Of a stretch of DNA of 64,000 nucleotides, positions 19,756 to 28,598 are shown piece by piece. Numbering within the stretch: position 1 is the stretch's first letter; each line of letters starts with the position of its first letter. The notes under the pieces were generated by a model. The model was not told the DNA's origin. It did not search any database and was given only the letters and a program-made list of their open reading frames with translations. Origin of the DNA: Candidatus Rokuibacteriota bacterium (GTDB lineage: Bacteria > Methylomirabilota > Methylomirabilia > Rokubacteriales > CSP1-6); the NCBI GenBank assembly GCA_003220535.1, contig QHSU01000057.1, forward strand, positions 246,863 to 310,862. The letters are read 5' to 3'. The translations under genes were made by a program, and so were the position numbers.

Positions 19756-21399
19756 ATGCGCGCGCTCCACCCAGCGCGTCCCGCCGTCGGCCCGGCAGTG
19801 CTGATCGCCCTCGGGAGCATCGCCATCGTGATCTTCGCGAGCCTCTTCGACGGATCGTTCGTCCAGAACGACACGGCGCAATACGTGAGCATGGCCGAGA
19901 ACTTGATGGCGGGGCAGGGGTTGGCGACCAGCCTGGTCTGGACGGCGGAGCACCATCTGCTGGGCGGCCTGCCCGTCGCACAGACCAACATGCCTCCGGG
20001 CTATCCGATGCTCATCGCGCTCGTCAGCCAACTCGGCGTCGAGCCCCTGCGGGCGGCCCTGCTCGTCTCCGTGGCGTGCTTCAGCGTGATCCCTCTCGTC
20101 CTGTATCAGATCCTCAGGGCCGGCGGGCAGCCCGCGGTCCGGTGCCTCGCGATGAGCGGCGTCTGGCTCGTCCTTCCCGTCGTCTGGTTCAATGTCCTGG
20201 CCTGCCTCAGCGAGATGAGCTACACGCTGCTCACCGTCCTGAGTCTGGCCTGCGTGACGCGGAGTGATCGTGACCCGGCGAACAGGCACGCATGGCTGTT
20301 CGCGGCCGGGACGCTCGCCGGGCTGTCCTTCATCGTGCGCTATGCCGGGATCGTCTTTATCGCGAGCCTGGGCGGGCTGTTCCTCCTTCGGGCGGCGCAC
20401 CGACGAGAGGCGCGTTCGGTTTGGAACCTGCTCCTGGTGGCGAGCCCGTCGGCGGCGCTCGCCCTGATGCTCCTCGTCAGGAACTATTGGCTAGCCGGGA
20501 GGCTCGCGGGTGGCCTCCGCGGCGATGAGGGCAACTCCACGTCGGCGGTGCTTCAGAGCGTGTACTGGTCGCTGAGTGAGGTGTCCGGATTTTCAAAGGC
20601 CGGACTCCTGCGTGGTGACCTGCCGGAGTGGGTGTTGGTCCTCTTCGTAGTGAGCACCCTCGGGTGTCTCACCCTCGGGTTGCGCCTGACCGTCAACTGG
20701 TCCGTGCTGCGGGCGCCGGGGCCCCAGTCGCACGCCTGGCTGGCGTTGGTCTACGTGGCGGGCACGCTCGGCGCGATCATGATCGCAGCGAAGGCTCACG
20801 CGTCGGGCGTGGTGTCGTCCCGCTACCTCGTGCCGCTGGTCCCGTTCGCTCTCCTGCTGGTCGCGTCCGGTCTGGACCTGATCCACTGTGACCCCCGGAG
20901 CCGACGCCAGAGGACAATGGCCGCGGCGCTTCGCTGGGGCGCGTTCGCCGTCTTCCTGGTCGGACAGGTCAACGTGGCGGGGTATCAACGAGGTGTCCTG
21001 CTCGAGCGCCCGTACCGCCAGATCGATAGCGCATTGCAACAGCCGTTCGGCTCGGGAACGCTCCGCGATTTCTTGCGCCAACGGGTGGCCCAGGGCGCCC
21101 CCCTCCTGGGCAACGAGGCGCAGCTGACGGGAGCGGTGCTGGACAGGCCGGCGGTGGGGCTGCCCGGCCCCGGGTACACGCACACGATCTGGACTGAAGA
21201 CGAAGCCCGGCGCGTGGTGGGGAAGTACCGGATCGCCTACGTGCTCTTCTTTCCCCATCTGTTCGACCTGTCCTCGCCCGACGCGGTCAACCAGACCTTC
21301 TTCAGGGACCTCAAGCAGGGGAGAGTCCCGCCGTGGCTTGAGCCGACCTTCTCCTCGGCCAGCGTTCGCCTGTACCGGGTGAACGCCTCCGGTGCATGA
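19756..21399 (+). CDS. Polytopic membrane protein, probable GT-C (ArnT/PMT-like) glycosyltransferase
   Basis: First loop NDTAQYVSMAENL, PPGYP, LSE, VRYAG, SRYLVP; many TM helices and a soluble C-terminal domain. Confidence 0.7.
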   Translation: MRALHPARPAVGPAVLIALGSIAIVIFASLFDGSFVQNDTAQYVSMAENLMAGQGLATSLVWTAEHHLLGGLPVAQTNMPPGYPMLIALVSQLGVEPLRAALLVSVACFSVIPLVLYQILRAGGQPAVRCLAMSGVWLVLPVVWFNVLACLSEMSYTLLTVLSLACVTRSDRDPANRHAWLFAAGTLAGLSFIVRYAGIVFIASLGGLFLLRAAHRREARSVWNLLLVASPSAALALMLLVRNYWLAGRLAGGLRGDEGNSTSAVLQSVYWSLSEVSGFSKAGLLRGDLPEWVLVLFVVSTLGCLTLGLRLTVNWSVLRAPGPQSHAWLALVYVAGTLGAIMIAAKAHASGVVSSRYLVPLVPFALLLVASGLDLIHCDPRSRRQRTMAAALRWGAFAVFLVGQVNVAGYQRGVLLERPYRQIDSALQQPFGSGTLRDFLRQRVAQGAPLLGNEAQLTGAVLDRPAVGLPGPGYTHTIWTEDEARRVVGKYRIAYVLFFPHLFDLSSPDAVNQTFFRDLKQGRVPPWLEPTFSSASVRLYRVNASGA

Positions 21400-22745
21400 T
21401 GCACATCGATTTCCTCCTCGACGTGTTCCGGCGGAACTCGGACAGAGACGCCGTGGTCTGGCGGGACCAGACATCCTCGTATGCTTGGCTGGCGGACGCG
21501 GTGGAGGCGTGGACCCGGTTCTTGCGAGACCGAGCGGTGGCGCCGGGCACGGTGGTGAGCCTGGAAGCCGATTTTTCTCCGACCTCGATCGCCCTTCTCC
21601 TCGCTCTGGTGAACCAGAGCTCCATCATCGTTCCCCTGACTCCCTCAATCGAGGCGAAGAAACCCGAGTTCCGCGAGATCGCCCAGGTCGAAGCCACGGT
21701 CTCCGTCGCTAACAACGATCGCGCGCACCTGGAAAACACCGGCGTCGAGGCGACGCACGAGCTCATCGCGGGTTTTCGGAGCGCGGGCCGTCCCGGGCTC
21801 GTCCTCTTCTCGTCCGGCTCCACCGGGACGAGCAAAGCGGCGGTCCACGACTTCATTCCGCTCCTGGAGAAGTTCAAGGTTCCCCGGCACTCGCTGCGCA
21901 CGCTCACGTTTCTGCTCTTCGACCACATCGGGGGCGTGAACACGCTCCTCTACGTTCTCTCCAACGCGGGTTGTGTCGTGACGGTCCCGAACCGCTCGCC
22001 CGATCTGGTCTGCGCCGCCATCGAGAAGCACCGGGTGCAGCTCCTCCCCACGTCGCCCACCTTCATCAACCTGCTCCTGGCGAGTGAGGCGTATCAGCAC
22101 CACGACCTCTCCAGCCTGGAGTTGGTGACGTACGGGACCGAGGTCATGCCCGAGAGCACCCTGGAGCGGTTCCACCGGCTGTTTCCCCGGGTGCGGCTGC
22201 AGCAGACGTACGGCCTCTCGGAAGTCGGGATCCTCCGGGCGCAGTCCAAGTCCGCCGACTCCCTCTGGGTCAAGGTGGGCGGGGATGGATTCGAGACGCG
22301 GATCGTCGATGGGATGCTCCAGATCCGAGCGCGGTCGGCGATGCTCGGCTATCTGAACGCCCCGAGCCCGTTCACCGCCGACGGGTGGCTACCGACGGGC
22401 GATGCCGTGGACGTGGACGGGGAGTACCTCCGCATAAGAGGGCGCCAGTCCGAGCTCATCAACGTCGGGGGGGAAAAGGTCTATCCGGCGGAAGTGGAGA
22501 GCGTGCTGCAGACCATGGAGGGCGTGAAGGACGTCACCGTCAGTGGCGAGGCGAATCCCATCACCGGGCAGATGGTCACGGCGAAGATCAAGCTCTCGAC
22601 CGCGGAAACACTCTCCGAGTTCAGGAAACGGATGCGGCTCTTCTGCGCGGACAAGCTTCCGGCTTTCAAGATCCCGCAGAAAGTCGCTCTCGTGAACGAC
22701 GCGATGCACGGTGAACGGTTCAAGAAGATGCGGAGGGTGTCGTGA
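21396..22745 (+). CDS. Adenylate-forming (ANL) acyl-CoA/acyl-ACP ligase
   Basis: P-loop FSSGSTGTSK, YGLSE, TGD, GRQSELINVGGEKVYPAEVE. Confidence 0.9.
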   Translation: MMHIDFLLDVFRRNSDRDAVVWRDQTSSYAWLADAVEAWTRFLRDRAVAPGTVVSLEADFSPTSIALLLALVNQSSIIVPLTPSIEAKKPEFREIAQVEATVSVANNDRAHLENTGVEATHELIAGFRSAGRPGLVLFSSGSTGTSKAAVHDFIPLLEKFKVPRHSLRTLTFLLFDHIGGVNTLLYVLSNAGCVVTVPNRSPDLVCAAIEKHRVQLLPTSPTFINLLLASEAYQHHDLSSLELVTYGTEVMPESTLERFHRLFPRVRLQQTYGLSEVGILRAQSKSADSLWVKVGGDGFETRIVDGMLQIRARSAMLGYLNAPSPFTADGWLPTGDAVDVDGEYLRIRGRQSELINVGGEKVYPAEVESVLQTMEGVKDVTVSGEANPITGQMVTAKIKLSTAETLSEFRKRMRLFCADKLPAFKIPQKVALVNDAMHGERFKKMRRVS

Positions 22746-23434
22746 TCCGTGAGATCGATCCCGCCAACCGGGGGGACGTCGCGGCGATCAGCGGTCTGCA
22801 CCTCAGGCTGCTCGGGCACGGGCCCATGGCGCGTCTGGGCGAGATGTTTCTGCGACGGTTCTGCTACGGCGTCCTCCTGCGCGACGACCTCATGCGGGCG
22901 GCGCTCTTCGAGGTGGACGGCCGCCAGGCGGGCTTCGTGGCCTACACGAGCGGCTCCATCACCTTTCACCGCGAGGCCGTCAGACGCCACTGGGCCTACG
23001 TGGCGTGGCTGATCGCCCTGTCCATGGTCCACGATCCGCGGCTGGTGGCGCGCGTGCTCAAGGCCGTCCGGCTGATGTTCTCGCGGCGCGCCGAGCTCGA
23101 CCTGGGCCGCGACCCACTGGGAGAAGTCCTCGCGATCGGGGTGCTACCCGAATACCTGACCCCGCAGTTCGTGCGCCGGACCGGGGTCCGGATCGGGGAC
23201 GAGCTCGTCGCGCACGCGGCCGCCTACTTGCGGCGGACGGGAGTCGACCGGATGCGGATGGTCGTCGAGGCCCACAACAAGCCGGCGCTGCTGTTCTACC
23301 ACCGCCTGGGTGGGCGGTTCGAGCCGTACGAGCACGCCGGCGAGCCGATGGTGCACGTGTGGTTCGACCTGCAAGGACCGGCCGACCGCGCGGCGGAGGC
23401 CGAGGCGTCGCTACCCTGTAACGCGGCGAGGTGA
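22742..23434 (+). CDS. GNAT family N-acyltransferase
   Basis: EVLAIGVLPEY...GDELV, VEAHNKPALLFYHRLG. Confidence 0.75.
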   Translation: MIREIDPANRGDVAAISGLHLRLLGHGPMARLGEMFLRRFCYGVLLRDDLMRAALFEVDGRQAGFVAYTSGSITFHREAVRRHWAYVAWLIALSMVHDPRLVARVLKAVRLMFSRRAELDLGRDPLGEVLAIGVLPEYLTPQFVRRTGVRIGDELVAHAAAYLRRTGVDRMRMVVEAHNKPALLFYHRLGGRFEPYEHAGEPMVHVWFDLQGPADRAAEAEASLPCNAAR

Positions 23435-23439
23435 GGCGG

Positions 23440-24108
23440 ATGTCAAGTCAGGCGGCCAGCACGATCGAACACGGTCGATACTCCGACGTCGAGTATCTGC
23501 AATACCGGGCTCCGCGGTGGATCGAGGTCGCGCGGACTGTCGCCGGGCTTCTGACCTGGCCTGTGGTCTGGCCCCTCGCCATGCTCAGCCGGACCTCGGA
23601 CATGCTCTTCCGCACCGTGTCCGAGCTCCTGAGCCTCGTTCCCTACGTCGTCGGTGTCGTTGTGAGAGCAGAGTTCTATCGCTTCGCCCTCGCGCACTGT
23701 GGCCGGAACGTCGTCATCGAGCTTGGTGCGGTCTTCATCTACCACGACATCTCGATCGGGGACAACGTGACGATCAACCGGTACAGCGTCATCCATCACT
23801 GCGACATCGGCAGCTACGCGCTCGTGGGTGAGCACTCGGTGTTGCTGAGCGGCTCTCGGCAACACGACATCGACCGCACCGACATCCCCATGGCTCTGCA
23901 GCGAGGGCGCAAGAAGCGCATCGCGCTCGGCGACGACTGCTGGATCGGCGCCCACGCGGTCGTGATGGAGGATGTGGGTCGCGGGGCCATCGTGGGCGCC
24001 GGCGCCATCGTCACGAAGCCGGTGGGGGAGCTCATGATCGTGGCTGGCAATCCCGCTCGACCGATCCGCCGGCGCGGCGAGCCGGCGCCCGCCATCGATC
24101 CGCGTTGA
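23440..24108 (+). CDS. Hexapeptide-repeat O-acyltransferase (WcaF/MAT-like)
   Basis: LbH repeats, DDCWIGA, GAGAIVTK, VAGNPAR; start ATG 23440 or GTG 23431. Confidence 0.85.
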   Translation: MSSQAASTIEHGRYSDVEYLQYRAPRWIEVARTVAGLLTWPVVWPLAMLSRTSDMLFRTVSELLSLVPYVVGVVVRAEFYRFALAHCGRNVVIELGAVFIYHDISIGDNVTINRYSVIHHCDIGSYALVGEHSVLLSGSRQHDIDRTDIPMALQRGRKKRIALGDDCWIGAHAVVMEDVGRGAIVGAGAIVTKPVGELMIVAGNPARPIRRRGEPAPAIDPR

Positions 24109-24112
24109 GCCC

Positions 24113-24877
24113 GTGGCGATGAGTCACGTCCACGGTGACACATGCGAGCGAGCCCGCGAGCCCGGCGGACCGACCCGGCCCCCAATGGAGGACCACTGGG
24201 ACGCGTACTGGAATCGACTGGAAGAGCACGTCATCTTTCGTGTGGAGGCGGCCGATTACGTCGCCCGTCTGGAGGCCGCGATTGGCTTCGACACCAGCAC
24301 GCGGGTGCTGGACTTCGGCTGCGGGTTCGGATTCGTCGCCGAGCTCCTCGCGCCGAGCGTCGCGACACTGTTCGCGTTCGACGCGTCGGATCACATGCGG
24401 CGTCGGGCGCGGCTCCGGCTCGCCGGCTACGCCAACGCACGAGTTCTGGGCGCGCTCGCGGGGTGGCCGTCGGCGCTCCGGTTCGACCTCATCTTGGTCA
24501 ACAGCGTCGTGCAGTACATGGCGCGAGAGGAGTTTCACCGATGGCTGGAGCAATGGCGCCCGATGCTCGCTCCCGGGGGACGCCTCGTGCTCTCGGACCT
24601 CGTCACCCACAACGTCGAGCCACTCCGCGAAGTAGTCGACATGCTGGCCCTGAGCGCTCGACGCGGGTGCCTGATGCGCGTCGTGCGGAAGGCGCTCGGA
24701 GAGCTTCGCCACTACGCCAGGACGCGGCGCGTCCGGCCACTTTTCCGGATCGCCTTCGGCGAGCTGCGTGAGCGAGCCGGCCAGCTGGGGCTGGCGGTAG
24801 ACATCCTGCCAACGAACCTGACATACCGGAACACGCGGGCCACCGCGATTCTCTCAATACCGGCGGCCGACCGTTGA
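24113..24877 (+). CDS. Class I SAM-dependent methyltransferase
   Basis: VLDFGCGFG, NSVVQY, LAPGGRLVLSD; start uncertain. Confidence 0.8.
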   Translation: MAMSHVHGDTCERAREPGGPTRPPMEDHWDAYWNRLEEHVIFRVEAADYVARLEAAIGFDTSTRVLDFGCGFGFVAELLAPSVATLFAFDASDHMRRRARLRLAGYANARVLGALAGWPSALRFDLILVNSVVQYMAREEFHRWLEQWRPMLAPGGRLVLSDLVTHNVEPLREVVDMLALSARRGCLMRVVRKALGELRHYARTRRVRPLFRIAFGELRERAGQLGLAVDILPTNLTYRNTRATAILSIPAADR

Positions 24878-25743
24878 TGCGGACGTTCGCTTTCCGGCTA
24901 CTGCCGGCGATGCTGCTGCTCCCGCTCTTCCTGGGATTGGCGGCTAGCTCGGAGCCGGCCGACTACGCCCGGGCGCCTGTCTTGTTCGTCCACGGCCACG
25001 GCCTGTCCTCCGCCGACTGGCGACCGCTGATCGAGTACCTGGCTGCGAACGGGTATGCGCGCGAATACTTGCACGGTGTGGACATCGTCCCGAACACGAT
25101 GGCCAACGCGCAAGCCGCCACGTCGGTGATCGCGCCGGCGGTCGACTCGCTGCTCGCCAGGGCGAAGACCGCCGCCCAGAGGGCCGGGTACCGCGGTGAG
25201 GTGCCGCGCCGGCTCGACATCGTCTCGCACAGCATGGGCGTGGTGAGCAGCCGGTGGTACGCGGCCAAGCTCCGTCCCGAGCGCGTCCGCACCTGGATCG
25301 GCCTGGCCGGAGCGAACCACGGCACGCAGGCGCTCTGCCCCTTCCAAGATGAGGCGTCCCGAGAAATGTGCCCCGCCTTCGCGAGCAATGCGCGGACGCA
25401 CGCGCTGCAGGTGGCTCTCAATGGCACGGAGAGAGAGCGGGTCGACGAGACACCCTATGGTCTCGGACCCGACCGACCGGCCGTCCCGCGCATCCCTCCC
25501 GATGGCACGCGCAGCATCCTCTATCTCACTGTCCGAGTCGAGCCGGACGACTGGATCCAGCCCGAGCGCAGTGCGCTCCTGGATGGAGCCGGAGGCGTGC
25601 CGATCCGGGTGCCGGCCGGCGTACCGGTTCGGCAAACCAGCCCGGGTAACTTCCTCTTTCAGGAGCCGGTCGGGCACGATCCTCTGCTCCTGCATCCGGA
25701 CCTGCTCCGTCTCGTTGCCGCCATGCTGGCCGCCCGCGACTGA
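24877..25743 (+). CDS. Secreted alpha/beta hydrolase (lipase class 2-like esterase)
   Basis: Signal peptide, PVLFVHGHG, nucleophile elbow SHSMG, GANHGT, C-terminal GH. Confidence 0.8.
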   Translation: MRTFAFRLLPAMLLLPLFLGLAASSEPADYARAPVLFVHGHGLSSADWRPLIEYLAANGYAREYLHGVDIVPNTMANAQAATSVIAPAVDSLLARAKTAAQRAGYRGEVPRRLDIVSHSMGVVSSRWYAAKLRPERVRTWIGLAGANHGTQALCPFQDEASREMCPAFASNARTHALQVALNGTERERVDETPYGLGPDRPAVPRIPPDGTRSILYLTVRVEPDDWIQPERSALLDGAGGVPIRVPAGVPVRQTSPGNFLFQEPVGHDPLLLHPDLLRLVAAMLAARD

Positions 25744-25938
25744 CGTCGGCGGGCGCGGTGAAGAGCAAAGCGAGTCTGTGCGGACCGGGCCAGCGGCGGC
25801 CGCACTGTTCGTAGTGGCGCACGGGTTACCGTCTCGAGCTTTCAGGGAGTTTCGCCATGCTTCATACGGGTCGGCCTGATTGCGTTCCCCCCCGATTCCA
25901 GGATCTCGTCGCAGGATGACCGTACCGAGGAGTCGGCG

Positions 25939-28398
25939 ATGAACAGCAAAACGAAACTGTCCGTGGCGACAATGGTCGTTGCGCTCGCCTGCGCTCTGAC
26001 CGCCGGCGAGGTCGCCGCGCAGACGATCACCGTCGCGCCGGCGAGTCCCACCATCGCGGTGGGGCAGACCCAGCAGTTCACGGCGACGGGAGTGGGCACG
26101 GCTACGGCCATCGACATGGGCGCCTTTCACTCCTGCGCCCGGTTTCAGGACGGCACGGTGCGCTGCTGGGGGAACAACGTCTCGGGCCAGCTCGGGGACG
26201 GGACCCAGACCGATTCCTCGATGCCGGTGGCGGTCGTTGGGATCACCGGCGCTGCGGCGGTCACCGGCGGCGGCTTCCACACGTGTGCACGCTTTCCCGA
26301 TGGCACGCTGCAATGCTGGGGACGGAACAACGCCGGCCAGCTCGGCGACCCGGCCACCCTGCGCGAGGCCGTCACCACCCCGGTGCGGGTCACCGGAATC
26401 ACCACCGCCACTGCGGTGAGCGCCGGCGGGTTCCACACGTGCGCGCTGCCGGGCGACGGCACGGTGCGCTGCTGGGGCCAGAACGACTACGGGCAGCTCG
26501 GGAACGGGACCAGCGATCCGGTTCCCGACAGCCCCTCGACCTTCAACCCCACGCCGGTGACGGTCAGCGGCATCACCACCGCGGTGGCGATCTCGGCTGG
26601 CGGTTGGTACACCTGCGCCCTGCTCCAGAACGGCACGATTCGGTGCTGGGGGGACAACACCTACGGCCAGCTCGGCGACGGCGCCACCATTGCGCCGCCC
26701 ACCGTCCGCATTGCGTCCACGCCCGTCACCGTCAGCGGGATCACGACCGCGGTCGCGATCGACGCGGGGATCTTCCACGTGTGCGCGCTCCTTCAGGACG
26801 GCAGCGCGCGCTGCTGGGGCCGCAACGGGGACGGCCGGCTCGGCAACGGGAGCACGGCGAATTCCTCCACGCCGACGGCAGTCCCGGGCGTCAATCCCGT
26901 CGCCCTCGGGGCTGGCGCCGAGCACGCGTGCGCCGTGCTCGGAGACGGCACGGTGCGCTGCTGGGGGGACAACAACTGGGGTCAGCTCGGCAACGGGTCC
27001 CCAGAAGGCACAACGTCCACGATCCCGGCGGCGCCGGCCACGGGGATCACCACCGCCATCGCCACCTCCGCCGGGGCCGAGCACAATTGCGTGCTCCTTC
27101 GGGACGGCACCGTGCGCTGTTGGGGGAACAACAATTTCGGTCGGGTCGGGGTTGGGACCACTGCGGCCGGTACGCGACCCTGCCTGAACAGTCCCTCCTG
27201 TGCGTTCAGCCCGGTGGCGGTCGACGGGATCGGTGGGGTGGTGTGGACGAGCAGCGACACGACGGTCGCGACCATCGATGCGAACGGGTTGGCCACGGCG
27301 CGTGGCCCCGGATCCACCACGATCACGGCCGCGTCTGGCGGCCGCAGTGGGAGCACCGTCCTCACCGTCGCGACTCGCCCCACCCTCTCGGTGGTCCGCG
27401 AGGGCACGGGCGGCGGTACCGTGAGATCCGGTGACGGGAGGATCGTGTGCGGGGCCACTTGCGCGGCCGACTACGCGAGCGGCAGCTCGGCGACCCTGAC
27501 GGCAACCGCCGACCCCGGCTCCACCTTTGAGGGCTGGCGCGGCGGCGGCTGTGCTGGCACCGGTGCCTGCACCGTCACCCTCTCGGCCTCCACCACCGTC
27601 TTCGCCAGCTTCGGCGTCTTCCGCCCCGCCACCTTCACCCTGACGGTGACGGTCAACAACGCGGGCACCGGCAGCGGCACGGTGACCTCCAATGACGGCG
27701 GGATCAACAACTGCGGGACCAGTTGCTCGGCGTCCTACGATAGCGGCACGCCGGTGACCCTGACGGCGAGGCCGGCCACCGGATCCATCTTCACTGGCTG
27801 GAGCGGATGCGACGCGGTCTCTGGCACGACCTGCACCGTGACCATGAACGCGGCGAGGTCGGTCACCGCCAGCTTCGCCCGGCAGCGCTTCACCCTCACG
27901 GTCGCGGTCAACAACGTGGGCACTGGCAGCGGCACGGTGACCTCCAATGACGGTGGGATCAACAACTGCGGGGCCAGTTGCTCGGCCTCCTACGATAGCG
28001 GCACGCCCGTGACCCTGACGGCGAGGCCGGCCACCGGATCCATCTTTACCGGCTGGAGCGGATGCGACACGGTCTCTGGTACGACCTGCACCGTGACCAT
28101 GAACGCGGCGAGGTCAGTCACCGCCATCTTTGCCCCGCAGACGTTCACCCTCTCGGTGACCCGTCAGGGCAACGGCACCGTGACCTCCATCTCCCCTGAC
28201 GGCAGGATCGACTGCGGGAGCGCTTGCTCGGCCTCCTACAACAGCGGCACCGTCGTGACCCTCAGGGCGACGCCGGGCTTGCTGTACGCCTTTGCAGGCT
28301 GGAGTGGCGGTGGCTGTTCTGGCACCGGCGACTGCGTCGTGACTCTGCGGGCGAATACGACAGTCACCGCCAGGTTCTCGTTCTTAGGGCTGTTCTAG
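25939..28398 (+). CDS. Secreted RCC1-repeat protein with split Ig-like (Big_2) domain and four InlB-B-like repeats
   Basis: GAGGAG RBS, signal peptide ending AAQ, seven RCC1 units (CWG motif), WTSSD..VATI Ig strand and four GxGxVxS..IxCG..C..FxGW repeats. Confidence 0.88.
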   Translation: MNSKTKLSVATMVVALACALTAGEVAAQTITVAPASPTIAVGQTQQFTATGVGTATAIDMGAFHSCARFQDGTVRCWGNNVSGQLGDGTQTDSSMPVAVVGITGAAAVTGGGFHTCARFPDGTLQCWGRNNAGQLGDPATLREAVTTPVRVTGITTATAVSAGGFHTCALPGDGTVRCWGQNDYGQLGNGTSDPVPDSPSTFNPTPVTVSGITTAVAISAGGWYTCALLQNGTIRCWGDNTYGQLGDGATIAPPTVRIASTPVTVSGITTAVAIDAGIFHVCALLQDGSARCWGRNGDGRLGNGSTANSSTPTAVPGVNPVALGAGAEHACAVLGDGTVRCWGDNNWGQLGNGSPEGTTSTIPAAPATGITTAIATSAGAEHNCVLLRDGTVRCWGNNNFGRVGVGTTAAGTRPCLNSPSCAFSPVAVDGIGGVVWTSSDTTVATIDANGLATARGPGSTTITAASGGRSGSTVLTVATRPTLSVVREGTGGGTVRSGDGRIVCGATCAADYASGSSATLTATADPGSTFEGWRGGGCAGTGACTVTLSASTTVFASFGVFRPATFTLTVTVNNAGTGSGTVTSNDGGINNCGTSCSASYDSGTPVTLTARPATGSIFTGWSGCDAVSGTTCTVTMNAARSVTASFARQRFTLTVAVNNVGTGSGTVTSNDGGINNCGASCSASYDSGTPVTLTARPATGSIFTGWSGCDTVSGTTCTVTMNAARSVTAIFAPQTFTLSVTRQGNGTVTSISPDGRIDCGSACSASYNSGTVVTLRATPGLLYAFAGWSGGGCSGTGDCVVTLRANTTVTARFSFLGLF
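27634..28143 (+). repeat. Intragenic tandem duplication, 2 x 255 bp (85-aa InlB-B-like repeat)
   Basis: Units start at 27634 and 27889 and are nearly identical at DNA level. Confidence 0.9.
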
Positions 28399-28598
28399 GG
28401 ACAGCGTACGCCTGTCTCTCGAGCACCCGGCGCCGCGGCCGGAGGCTGCCCTGACTTTCCGTGGTGGCGTGAGAGTTCGCCACATCCAGTGTTCAGCGTT
28501 TCTCCGTGGCTGATTCAGGGCTCGGCCTGATTGATCTGTCACGCTCGAGACTCCAGGATGGTTCACGAAGAGCTGAACGTGGAGGGGAAAGGTTGGAG

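Noticed and set aside
18759-22745. PKS/NRPS secondary-metabolite cluster
   Set aside because: No ketosynthase, condensation or thioesterase domains; the context is glycan tailoring.
25814-25830. Sigma-54 promoters upstream of the RCC1 genes (TGGCGC.. and TGGCGT.. at about 28465)
   Set aside because: The GG-N10-GC spacing is not met in either copy.
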